Assembly (NCBI GenBank): GCA_964016885.1
Contig: OZ024740.1
Coordinates: 308,884,001-308,948,000 of the forward strand
Source of the DNA: Eledone cirrhosa
Lineage: Eukaryota
DNA length: 64,000 bases
Direction: 5' to 3'
Both the position numbers and the translations under genes were made by a program. A model generated the notes under the pieces. The model had not been told where the DNA came from, searched no databases, and saw only the letters and a program-made list of their open reading frames with translations. Numbering within the stretch: position 1 is the stretch's first letter; every line of letters begins with the position of its first letter. Below are positions 25,016 to 37,749 of the stretch, piece by piece.

Positions 25016-25937
25016 TTCCTCCCAAATTAGAAACAATTATTACATCAGACATTAAAACCGGTTGTATTCAGTCAGAATTTTCTCACCTCTTTCTGTTCAA
25101 ACCGGTCGCAACCGGCCACTCTTATTGACGTTCAGGTATTGTTCTCAAAATAAATATCAAAATCTCGTAGATTCAATATGTGAGTTAAAGCCTTTACTGC
25201 AAAAATACAATAGTAAATATTGAGTAATGTAAATGGTAAAGTCTCAACAGCCAAATTTAGTTAGTATCAGGATATTAACATTCAATGCTGTAAACAATGC
25301 TATTAGAACTAAGAATTTGATCATTTTTATTATACATTGAAGGATGAAATTTGAAAATTGTAAGAGTCCCAAGCGCAGAAAGTAACTAATAAAAGTCGAA
25401 CACTAAATAATAGTTTCTGATGTAGACACAAGGCCAACAATCTCCCAAGAATGGAGGGGAAAGTTGATTAAATCAATCCCAGTGCATTACTGGTGCTTTA
25501 TTTTATCACCCTGTTAAGGATGAAAAGCATAACTCAGAATGTAACCCTATGCCTCAATGCATCTTTGATGCTCTACCAATACTCTCAATCCAGCACCCTA
25601 AATGATAATAGTTTAAATTGTTTAGAGGAATAGTAATGTACTTGCACAGTATTTGAAAATAGGAGCTTTAATTCCTCGTAGGTACCTTTATCCCTTTTTG
25701 TCTCTATTATTTATAGTGTTCAACTGTTATTACAGTTATTTTCTGCATTTGGGACTCTCACATTTTCAAATTTCAAACACTCCCAGTACTTCAATTAAGG
25801 ATTGAGAGAAGAGTTGTAAGCTGTTTTTACATAAATAAAAGTAAGTTTACTCAAATCTTAATTTCAACATCACATCAACCAAATGAATCTGCAAAAGTCA
25901 TTTGTAGTTTAAAATAAAATGTAATTTGATTTTTTTT

Positions 25938-27083
25938 TTATTTGTCTAAATTAATGTGGTCAGTACTTTCAAGTAGTTCATGACATTTCACTAAACTTTG
26001 TTGCCATTGGCTGAGACAGTTCTGTTGCAGTTCAGTGAACCAATTACTGGCCAAAGCTGTGGCAACTAGAACATGTACTGCATTGTCATAAAGGTGTGAA
26101 CTAAGTGTGAAATCGTCATAATATTTCTGGATGGCTCGAAACACTTGACGATTGTCAATATATGTTGGTTTGTTTAACAAATAATGGAAGATGAATGCTG
26201 CCATTCTGTTTGCAGGAATTCCTGATGTCAAATATAAGTAATTTCCTTCAATGTTTTCATTAGAAGGGTATTCAAACCAGTTAAATCCAGTGCAAAAAGA
26301 TTTGTGATTATCATTTTGGCTTGTAGATCCACGATAGGAAAAAGTTGGTGTAGTATCTGTTAACAACTTTGCTCTTTGTTTATTGATTTGGTTTTTTACT
26401 TTTCTACAGTGTTTTGAGCCTGGTATAATGTCTTTAGCATCTGTCATATCTTTTTTGAGAAAACTCATTTGTTGCATCATTTCAAGAAGTTGAACACACT
26501 CAGCTGTTGTACTCTTGTCTGTTATTGGTAATTTTGACATTGTACATCCTTGTATTGCATAAGAATCATCACTGTCTTCAATCAAAGCTGCTAATCCTTG
26601 GCACCTGATTTGGTGATCTGCAAGATTTACCATGCGTACTATTGTTCCACAACTTGCACACTCAATCGGAGAATGTGGACATTTTGATTTATGATTTTTC
26701 AGTTGTTCTAATTTAGTCATTGCATAACATCCATTTTTTCTAAAGGGACAGAACATGTAATAACCATTAATAAGATTACGCAAGGCAATCTCAGGTTTTG
26801 CCTCTTTTGGTTTCACTGGTTTGCGGCATTTTGGACATGAAGTAGTTATAATCGACTGACAATTTAAAGTTAAAGGCCTTGATTGCCTATATTGTAGATA
26901 TAGTAACTCTGATGGTTGTTCTTGCTGTTGCTTTAAAGATGTTTGCAACCAAGTTTCTAGACATATTGAGCAAAAACTGTGTCCACATGGAGTAAGTACA
27001 GGATTCTCGAAAACTGATCCACATATACTACACACCAAATTGGTATCAATTGTTTCTACAAACTGCTGGATGTCGTACCCCAT
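25938..27083 (-). CDS. Intronless RING (C3HC4) plus TRAF-type zinc finger E3 ligase, NRDP1/RNF151/PDZRN-like N-terminus, 381 aa
   Basis: MGYDIQQF..D.NLVCSICGSVFENPVLTPCGHSFCSIC...CPKCR; CPFRKNGC..HKSKCPHSPIECASC..DHQIRC; uninterrupted 1146-nt ORF in AT-rich DNA. Confidence 0.9.
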   Translation of the reverse strand: MGYDIQQFVETIDTNLVCSICGSVFENPVLTPCGHSFCSICLETWLQTSLKQQQEQPSELLYLQYRQSRPLTLNCQSIITTSCPKCRKPVKPKEAKPEIALRNLINGYYMFCPFRKNGCYAMTKLEQLKNHKSKCPHSPIECASCGTIVRMVNLADHQIRCQGLAALIEDSDDSYAIQGCTMSKLPITDKSTTAECVQLLEMMQQMSFLKKDMTDAKDIIPGSKHCRKVKNQINKQRAKLLTDTTPTFSYRGSTSQNDNHKSFCTGFNWFEYPSNENIEGNYLYLTSGIPANRMAAFIFHYLLNKPTYIDNRQVFRAIQKYYDDFTLSSHLYDNAVHVLVATALASNWFTELQQNCLSQWQQSLVKCHELLESTDHINLDK

Positions 27084-29924
27084 TTGTTGACTTCAAAATA
27101 TATAAATATGAATCTTTTTGACTTTTTTGTTATTGTTCAGTTTTAACTCCTCTGTAGAACAGTCAGCTTCTTTCAGTCTTTAAATAATTTATATTTGTTA
27201 GTATATAATATCTGCTGTTAGTGTTGTGAAAATTCATTGGTCCTGATATTTATGTTAAAGCTGTTACACGTTTTAAATAGCTTCATAATATATAAAAGGT
27301 TTGTTATTCATTTAATGAATACGCTGGCCTAATTATTTATATATATTTATAACAAAGGTGAAACGTTTTAACATCTGTCGTCAACAAAATTTAATTTTCC
27401 GAGAATATTAATACATAATGTATATAGGGTTTTGAAAAATTGTCAAATGTACCACTGAAAGAAGCTTGAGTGCTACAGGTAAATATATAATGATACTTAA
27501 CAGGTAACATCTGAGAAAGAAATAATATACAAATATTGCTGGATTTTAATAGATAAAATTATTTTACCTTTCTGTTTGAGATCCAAAGAAAAATTTGGTA
27601 GTTGAAAGCGTTGATTAAAGGTAGTTAGTTCTTAGGTATAACTTGATATGCAATGTCTGAAATTCTTCGTATTTTACTGATGGTATCTACTATCGGTGCA
27701 TTATTAGTAGAATCATTTACATGTGGAATTTCCTTAGTTTAGAAATGAAACTATTAATTTTGTTCCAAAAAAATTTCAGTGACGTTATTTAGATTAAAAC
27801 TCAAATCGATAGTTCTGTGGAGTATGTTTTAATACTTAAAAATCTTACAAAACTTTTATCTGTTGAATACCGGTAAGCTAGCATGTTCGTCTAGCATCTG
27901 ACTGTTAGTCACTATAATCTGCTAAACAGACAAAAATGGGTATACAGTAAAATCTACTGTTTTCTCTTTTATATTGTCATAACAGAAAGTAAGAACGAGG
28001 GAATCCCTAATTTTGTGAACCAGCTATAATTGTATGTAGCATTTTTGTTTACACCCCCTTTGCCATAACCTAATGCTGTGAAAATATTCGGGGCTGTTCC
28101 CTGCTAACATACCATCTGTTTGTAGATGGACGACTTAACGCACATGTAACATACACTACTTGCGTGTTTAGTATCAAACGTTGTGTTAATGATTTTATAA
28201 CTGAATCTTTTTATTTTCATAAATTATCGAAAGGTTGTCAATTTGCAAAAAATATCTGAGAAAAAACAAAAAGTTCCCCCAATATACCCCCTCCCCAAAC
28301 AAAAACTCCGCAAACTTAATTACAAACCACAATATGTGACGCTGGGGTTAGGTGTGTTTGTGTATATGCGTACATATGTACATACATAGATACACATACA
28401 TACGTACAGAACCAGAAAGCACACAACTAGATATGTAAAACATTCCAAAAATTCTGCATATAATAACTGCATATACACATGTATAGATCCAAAACATGCA
28501 CGTGTATACATACAGATTCACACATACAATAACATAAATACCTGCACACACACACATGCGGACATACATATTTACCTAGTTGATGTCTAAATTCCAATGA
28601 AAGAGTATTGTGTCTGTTAGAAACCGGCTCTCTCTATAGGTAAACAATTATAAAATGATTTCTACTATAGCACAAGGCCACCAATTTTTTGGCAGAGGCG
28701 GGGGGGGGGGGGGGGGTTTCGATGAAATCGACCCCAGTTCATTACTGATGTTTTATTTTACCGACCCCGTCAGGATGAAAGGCAAAGCTAACCTCAGTGG
28801 GATTTGAACCGTAATTCTATGCCGCTAAGCTTGTGACCCGACGCTCCACCAATTCTGCCAACCCACCGTCCTCATTATAAAATAATAAAAACAGAAGAAC
28901 ATACATACAAACATAATAAATAATTGTTTCTACTTTTGGCACAAGGTCATCAATTACCCAGTACATTACTGGTACTTTATTTTATCGACCCCGTAAGGAT
29001 GAAAGGCAAAGTTAACCTCGGCGGGATTTGAACTCAGACCGCAAAGGGACGTAACTATGCTGGAAAGCATGGCATCCGACTCTCTACCGATACTGCCAAT
29101 CCACAATGACCGCATCTCAATTTCAAGAATTTCCATTCCTTTACCTTTTTCTCATACATGGGTGGAACGAGCATGGCTTTTTAGCCCTCCTGGGGACTTA
29201 GATTCCTTTCTGCATATGCTGTAGTGAAAGAAAAGACCATGCTCACTCAACATGTAAAAGTCGTTTAGATCAAACTTTCTTAAGTGAAGAAAGGCTGGAC
29301 CATTATCACTCTTAATAACGGTGACAGATATCCAAAAAGAAGAACAGGTCATCATCATTGGCTGACATCGAGTCCTAACACGAACTAAGTAGGGATCTCT
29401 CACTCCGGTAGGCTAACCGCGCGCTCGAACTCCTCCCCGCGCATACATACATACATATAAGATCAACATCATCGGTAACTACTGAGCCGCAGGTTTTACG
29501 TCGGAGTTATCCCAGTTTCCTGAGTTGCCTTCTAGAAGATTGCTCTGACAAAGGTTAGGGGTCCTTCACTCCCAGTGGTTTAACCGCCCGATCGGGTATC
29601 CAGCCCGATCATTTCTACGTCCCCGGGCATATATACAAATATGTAAACATGTATATACATATTTACACATATATACATATTTACACATTTTTGGATGGCC
29701 GTTGACTCTTATGAGTTCCGCCTTTTGTCAGCTTTTATTTTTTGTCCTGCAGGGTGTCCAAAATAACCTTCCTTACCAAGTAAACTTAGTGGGGTTGCCG
29801 ATTTAGTCGCCGACGACCCGACCATGCGACAGGTTGTACCGGATTACATGTTATCAGTAGCACTCAAGAGTGACCCTACATACATACATACATACATACA
29901 TATACACATACATGCATACATACA

Positions 29925-30240
29925 TACAATCTGGAATGCGTTGTGGAAGACGAAAATAAAACCAAATAAGCAGGAATATGTTGAGAATGATGGCTCAATA
30001 GAATATTGGTGGAATCTAAAAATAAAAACCGTTACTCAATTAAAGCACAACCGGCCCAATATTGTTGTTTGGGACCACACATTAAAAACATGCTCTGTTA
30101 TAGAAATCAGCTGCCCACTGATATCAATGTGGTAAGAAAAATGCAAGAGAAGTAGGATATATACGGACCATTCGTCAGGAATTTGCAGATCCAGTATCCA
30201 AGATACACGTTCCGTTTAATATCTATCATTATCTACTAAC
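29925..30240 (+). mobile_element. R4/Dong- or NeSL-like restriction-like endonuclease remnant
   Basis: EYWWNLKIKT..LKHNRPNIVVWD....CSVIEISCP, continuing out of frame as DINVVRKMQEK.DIYGP; fits the HNRPD...IE...P RLE motif. Confidence 0.7.
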
Positions 30241-30289
30241 TTGCCAGGATCAAAACATAACTAAACAAACATACATACAGTACATGATG

Positions 30290-31165
30290 GTTGTATCTCG
30301 ATTTCGAGAATTGCAACCACCCGATTCCCCTCTCACTCATGACTTCTAAGATCAGCTTTGCTGAGGCAAATCCAACCATACTCGTAATGTTACAAACGTA
30401 ACATTCCTATTTTTGGATAGTGAAACCGTCATAGAAATGAGCCGATCAGAGAAACCATGGAAAAATTCATCTAGTCTGAAAGCAATTGTCGTTTTAACAG
30501 TAAACGCTACTCCAACCTCTCTCTTGCCCCCTTCTGATCTTCCACTCCAATAAAAAATGTATCCACGAGACCGTTCCTGAAAATGACCCCCTCAACCAAA
30601 CCTGGTGTCAGACAAAGCTACAACGCCTATGTTATAACGTTGAAGCTCTTTCACCAGAAGTGCTGACCTTCTTTCGGGGCGAGACGGTGTCCGTACATTC
30701 CAACAATCAAATTTAAAAGGGTTTTTGACGTTGGTTTTCTCGCAGTAGCCGGATGACGACTGGGCTCAGCCTACAGTAGTCTGAAATACCTGCTGAACCA
30801 GGATCTTTCACATCTTGTTCCAGAGCCCTTATTGCTATGACTAATACATCGTTGTTTGAGTTCATCGTTTTAATTGTTTTGCCTTTTTCGGCTACAGTCA
30901 GCCAAGCTCATGCAAGTCACGTGAAAGATATTTTAGATCACGTGATACCCGTGCTTGAAGTTTTTTAAGAGAAGCAAGGTCTTACATTGGACCAGGCCCA
31001 CTCTCTGAACAACAGTGACTGGTACTCAAAAGAAACTGATTAACATCATTGGCTACCATCGAGTCGTAGGTTTTACATCGGTGTTTTCCTTCTCCTAGAA
31101 TGATATTCTAACAAGAACTAGGGGTCTCTCACTCCCGGTGGGTTAACCGCGCGCTCGGACACCAA
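30290..31165 (-). mobile_element. RTE (BovB-like) LINE 5' end: 5' UTR plus APE endonuclease N-terminus
   Basis: Minus-strand translation CWNVRTPSRPERRSALLVKELQRYNIGVVALSDTR...YIFYWSG. Related 5'-UTR pieces at 29350-29440 and 29465-29625. Confidence 0.75.
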
Positions 31166-32516
31166 ATAAACATACATACGTATATACGACCGTACGTACG
31201 TATATACATACACACATACATACATACATACGTACAAACGCAAATAATGTGAAAGAAATTACTTGTGCCTCTTATGTCATGCAATTGAGTAAGCATGATA
31301 TTACACACTGTTTTTCTGCTTTTTACTTTTCTTATTTTTTTTCTTCGCACAAAATACTAATTTGAATATTTGTTTGCAAAAAAAAAGGTAAAATTACAGA
31401 CCCCCACACTCAACCGTTCGAAGGGGAATTGTTCTTTTTCCAATAATTTTTATTTTGTTCGTGTTTTCAACGAACTTGAGCTCCAGATCAAGTGTTCGAG
31501 TGTTCACCAAATTGATATCGAGGGATAGCCGAACATACATATATATTATACATGATCTTACACCGCCCATTTTATCGATACTTTCCGATGGATCTGGAGA
31601 TCAGATTCGTTGAAAACTCATAAAATAAAAAAATTCCCATTTTCCTTTTAAAGAAACCTCTGAGGGCACGAAACTCTGAGGGTCTCTCCTCTCTCGCCAC
31701 TCCTCCTGTGATACAGGCTGTGTTGTATAGACAGTGATATAGGTTGTGTAATACGTTGGAAAAGCCCTTGACAAACATTTTATTCCATACCCATTATATT
31801 TGTTTTGGTGAAAAGTTACACCAAAGCAAATGGAGAAGAATAAGAATTTATGGCCTAAAACAGTTCTCAAACGTTTGTAGCCACCTCCCCACTCACGGCC
31901 ACGTAATACCCTCAGCGCCCCCACCCCTATTTCCAGAGAGACTTGCCTACACGCAAATTGTAAATAATACATAATAAATAAAATCATTAATTTGAAATAA
32001 AAAATAATATAATATATAACACGTATAATTTGAGATTTAATATACTATTGTATCACCTCTACCACCCTCCTGGACCTTCTGAACGCCCCCCGGGGGCGGT
32101 AGCGTTCACTTTGAGATCCTCTGATCTCAAATAAAGTAAATTATTCGTCCATTGCTGGATTCAAAACTGTTTATATATTTGGATGATTCGTGTCAGTCCC
32201 AAGATTACCAGAACAAGGCAAATATTGTGAACTACAAGATATTTCTATGTAAATGAATTTATGAAAGATTGGACAGGATAAACAGTGTAGGTTGTGAAGG
32301 CATATGTTGTGTGATGTGTAAAACTGAAAGAGGGTGAGTGACTATGAGGAGGCCCGAAGGTGGCTAGGGAAAGACAGTAGCCTGCTAACTTACCATCTTT
32401 GTGGTGAAGTGATGACTAAAAGAGCAAGAACTGGTGACACTGTCTTTAATACAAGAAAAAGACCCCTATGCTATGCCTCGTCATTTGTGCTGAAAGCGTG
32501 AATATATTCCAATGCA

Positions 32517-32882
32517 CATCATCATCATTATCATCATCATTTTACGTCCGCTTTTCCCTGCTTGCAAGGGTGGGATGGGTCCTATTCAACACAGCATCTC
32601 TCCACTTGTCACGGTCCTTTGTCATCTCCTCTGTGAGCTTCAGCGATCTGAGGTCTGCTCTCACCACCTCCGCCCATGTTTTTTGTGGTCTTCTTCTACT
32701 GTGTCTTCTACTGGGATTTCTTGGCACTTCTTTACTCAGCGGTCATCCTCCATGTGCATCACATGTCCATACCATCTCAGTCTTCGCTCCTGCACACCAC
32801 AACTTATCCCTCTTATACACAGTTTATCTCTCAACTCATCTATGCTTGGTCATTCATGCACATTGACATTGCACATCCAACA
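32517..32882 (-). mobile_element. RTE LINE 3' fragment with (GAT)n tail
   Basis: RRPQKTWAEVVRADL..LTEEMTKDRDKWRDAV; relative at 49215-49535 (+). Confidence 0.8.
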
Positions 32883-35211
32883 ATATGAAAATAATTACTG
32901 TTTTGTGCAATAAGAAACTAGCTAATGTATAATTACAATACAATAATTACTGGCCTAAATTGCTGAGGAAAAAAATTTGATATACAAAAAGGCAACAAAA
33001 GAAAGAGATTAGTACTGCTGGAGTATGGCTTGTATTACTGATATTGAGACAGGTTTGTATGTTCACCCAAGTGTATCTGAAATTTGAAACTAGTTCAACA
33101 AAGTCATACTTCTGTTTGAAGTTAGCTGAGAGCCATGTAATGCAACTGTATTATTGATTCTGAAAAGTTGTGTGTACTCACAGAAGTTAGTTGAAGGTTG
33201 AGAGAAAAAGAAAAGGAACAGAATATCTTGAAAATCCTGCATGAGACAGCCACATACTGAAAGCTATAGGCATGTATTCATGTGAAACTGTGTAAAACAT
33301 GTTGAATGTTTGCAGATGTGTGTCAACAAGGTGAATTCAATGTATAAAAACACAATGAAGATAAAATCAAAATGAATGTCTAAGCTGTGAAAAATTATCA
33401 GTGTTGGAGCGACAACTTTTATATAAGAAAAACACCTCAGCTGTGCTTGGTCATCTGTGCCGAAATGACCAATGAAATACCAATGGATACAATATGAAAA
33501 TACCTGTTATTTTCACCACAGTCACACATACACATATATAAAATTCCAGTCTTTGATGAGATCCAAGTATTTCCGCATGATCTTATGTACAAAAACAATT
33601 ATAATGTATTCGAATAAATTACTGATTGAAAACTCCAATGTTTTTTGTTAATTATATACATGCATACATACATACATTCACACACACACACATAGACGTA
33701 TATAGGTATATATATATGCATACATATATGTATATATTTATGTTTTCCTAGAGATGGTGACATGAATGGACCTGTTACTTTTCTCTAAATTTTTTTTCCG
33801 TTTCTCCATTGCCCGTCTCCTCATTCTTTTTATTTCTTCTTTAATTTCTCATTCTATTTTCTGTTGAAGGTCTAGCGACTGAAACGTTAAGACTCTTTTC
33901 CTATTATATCAAGCATAAAACTAATAATATATTTCTTCATTGTATTGTTTCGTTTGCTTTGCTATTTCTGTTTGCCTTTTGCATACATATACTTATAACA
34001 CACACACACACACACACATATTACAAAAATAATTTCTTTATTTCTTAGAACTATTAATCAAACATGATGGCTTATTAAGATATTTTAAACATCCAGTATG
34101 AGCAAATTTGTGTTCTTGGAAATGTTTATTTCCAATGAAAGTTCTTGTTTACTTGAATCCTTATAGACACATTATGCTTCTGTATTTACCTTAAAATCCA
34201 TCTTGAAAATATATTCCATATATTTTCTTTTTTTAATTTAAATCATTTATTAAGTTTTCATAATTAATTATATAAATAATGAAAAAAGGGCAGAAAGGGT
34301 AAAGAAGGACAGATCTGGCTGTACAGGGAAGTAAAGTAAAGGACTATATATGCCATAAATGAGAAGAAATGGAGGGAAAGACCAAGGACTATTAGCCCAT
34401 GGAAGAAAGAGAGGGGGAAGGGAAGAGGTTGACAGATTCTATGCCTAGGGTGGGTGGGGCAGTGTTTCAGATGTGCTCCATGAACAAAACTAATGACCAT
34501 TTGTCACAGCTATGTGTAGTCACAAGAACTAAATAAATCCATAAGCTGATTTCTGTTACCCGGCGAAAAAAAAACTGAAGCTTCACAGAATCTTATGTGC
34601 TAATAGGACCAGTAAATTTTTTGCATGTGCTATCATAAGTAGCAATATTGATTTTCATATGTCATATATCTTAAGAATATGCAGCAACAATTTTACAATA
34701 TCTTCTGATGCAACTTACTTAAATAGACTAAAGACTCCAGTTGCATCATTCGATTTCTGATAAGCTTTCAGGCATTTTGACAAAGCAAAAATAGATTGCC
34801 TATTGGATTAAAACTGCTTCAGTTTTAAATTTTGGAGAAGAGATTTACATTCCAACAAATGTATCACTGGTAATCCATACATCCATCTATGACACTTAAC
34901 CTATGATGGAGCTGTGGATATTTAAACCTGGCAGAACCCATCACTCTCCAGGTCTGAACACTGTCAATTTCTTTCAGAGAAATAGAATGCAAGGGAGAAG
35001 TGAAAAAGAAATTTAGAAGAAGAATCGACTCCAGTGCTGAACCAGTACTTTATTTATCAACCCCAAAAGGATGAAAGGCAATGCTGACATCACAAATACC
35101 AAAGCATTTTACCTGATGTTCTAACAACTCTGCCATTTCATTGCCTTTATCACTTATGCTAGAAGCTGACAACTTTTCATACCTGGAGAGTTGCTTACTG
35201 CCTGACTACTA

Positions 35212-35248
<37 letters not shown>

Positions 35249-36289
35249 CCCCCCTCCTCCTCCTCTTCTTCTTCTTGGATGTTATCCAACCATCTTGCTC
35301 CGGGTCTACTCCTGCCAGTTGGTTTTCTGTCCAGTGATTCTTTCTTGAGACATTCTAACCACATGCCCATAGTATTGGAACAGTGATCCCTCAATTTGGA
35401 AAAGTAGTGACTCTCTGATCTCCAAGCTATGCACTCTATTAAGTAACATTACTACAAAGACCCTTCAAGGGAACTCCATTTCGGTCACTTGAATTCGCAA
35501 TTGTATTCATGAGATTCATGAGCATAGATAAAGATTGGCACGAATACTGAATTGAAGATAGCGAGTTTGGCTTTTATGCCTACCTCCTTTCTGATTACCA
35601 AATGCATGACTAGCTCCTGCAATTCTTGCACTTTATTCAGCCTCCTGCCTTCCATCACTCATGAATATGACCCTAAGATACTTCAACTTCTCTACCTGCT
35701 TCTGTGGAACTTAATTCACATGTAGAGTGCACTGTGCAGGCTTCCTTGAGAGGACGAGTGTCTCAATATGTAAAATAATTGACTAATTTTGGTCTTTAAA
35801 AAAAATTAACGGTGATAGCCTATAGAAATTACCAATTTCCTCCTTTCCCGCTTATTACAACTCCCCTGCTTATTCCACCCCAACCCTCCTATTATTTGGG
35901 ACCTGAGAGTAGGGGACAGATGAATTTGGTGTTTATTCTTCCATAGTCCGCAAGCTAAACAAATCATCATCATCATCATCTCATAACTGTTTTAGGTCCG
36001 TTCTTCCACGCTAGCATGGGTTAGACAGGTTGTCCTGTTGTGAGCAGTGTCCAGTGGGCCGACCATGTCTTGCTCATACGGGAACTGATTCTGGCTAGAT
36101 TTCTACAGCTGGATGCCCTTCCTAACACCAACCTCATTTACAGTGAATGCTGGGTACTTTTTTTCCGTGGCGCCTACACGTCCACTTTTACAGCGTGGGC
36201 TGGGTGCTTTTTTGCCGTGGCACCTCCACGACCACTTTGCAGTGGAATGATAGCCCTCTTTGGATTTGAGTCTTCAAATTTATTATTAT

Positions 36290-36346
<57 letters not shown>

Positions 36347-36499
36347 TAGAGAGAGAAAGCGAGTGGGCGAGAGAGAGAAACTATTACTTATAATACTACT
36401 TATATACATATTTATAATAGATACTAATAGATGGACATTTCAGCAAGGGATTTGGTATTATTAATATTTTACTAAATGATTTTTATATCTAATTGAAAG

Positions 36500-37440
36500 A
36501 TACCATAAAAACATTCCAAAATGTATGTATGGATTTGCAAATATACATGAAAAAATGTCTGAACATGAATATATGTACGTGTATTTTCTTGAAATGGTTA
36601 TTGAATAGGCTAAAATATTTCATCAGCAACTTAATATTCAGGAAACACTTTGACTAATCAAATGGCTGGCTTCACAGATTTAAGTTGAGACATCATGTTT
36701 GGTGAAAAGGAAAGAATTGATGGAACTGCTATTTCAGATTATGTTGACGAGTTTTTAAATTTAGTGGCCAGTGAAAATTTATTGTCAAAGTAAATGTATA
36801 ATGCAGATGAAACCACTCTTTTCTGGAAATTCATACCTCAAACTTTAGCCATAAATACTATAGTATAAATGAGATAAAAGACAGAGTGACAATTTTAGGT
36901 TGATGTAATGCTGCAGCTACTTAGATGTAAACTGTTAGTGGTTGATAAGGGTGTCAACACTCGTACCTTTAAAGGGGTTTAAATATTTTCAGTAATTTAT
37001 CAGGGTAATAAGAGAAGATGAATGATGTACACAATATTTCAAGAGTGGTTCAAAAAGTATTTTATATCGGAGGTGAGGGCTCATTGAAAAATGCAAGGTT
37101 GGCCAATAATTCTAAAATTGTGGTAATTTTGAAGAATTGCTCAGCCCACCTGAAACATGAATATCTTCTGGAAAATAATGTTGACCTCCAAATTCTACAT
37201 CTCTGATTTAACCTTGTTTATAAAAGAATATTGATTTCTAATTTTGGGGAAGGGCTAAATTGATTAAATCAACTTGAGTACTTAACTAGTACTTTATTTG
37301 AAGAATGAAGGGCAAAGTTGACCTCAGCGGGATTTTAATTCAGTATGTAAAGAACCAGAACAAATACAACAATGGCATTTTATCCAAAACTCTACCTATT
37401 CTATAAATCCAACACCTTGTAATCAAGGAATATTCTTCTT
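36500..37440 (+). mobile_element. Degenerate pogo/Tigger DDE transposase, interrupted by a SINE
   Basis: Remnants SNGWLHRFKLRH, YNADETTLFWK, KDRVTILG, NCSAH, PPNSTSLI and PCNQGI; accttgt occurs on both sides of the SINE at about 37220-37415. Confidence 0.75.
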
Positions 37441-37749
37441 CTTTTCATGCCACATCATGTCTGATGAACAACTGTCGAGGGTTCAGTCACAGGTAGTATT
37501 TCATGAGTCGGTGTTTGAGAATATTCAAATGTCATGATCAACCATGAGCAAGATGGTTGGATAACATCCATAAGATCAGTTGGTCCCACTTGGTGATCTA
37601 GCCAGATCAATTAGAGATGGTTGCTTCTGATAGGACCCTCTGGATGATGTGCCTGAGGAGTCTGCCCCCATGAACCTCACAGGGATAAGTGGGAGAAGAA
37701 GAAGAAGAAGAAGAAGAAGAAGAATTCTATTACAACCATGGAATTTTTA

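Noticed and set aside
23501-35911. TACTCTCAGGTC termini facing each other around the RING gene (possible gene-capturing transposon)
   Set aside because: The same internal segment (actaatt.tggt.ttt..aaaaaat.aac) occurs at about 23733 and 35782, so these are two partial copies of one MITE family, not two ends of one element.
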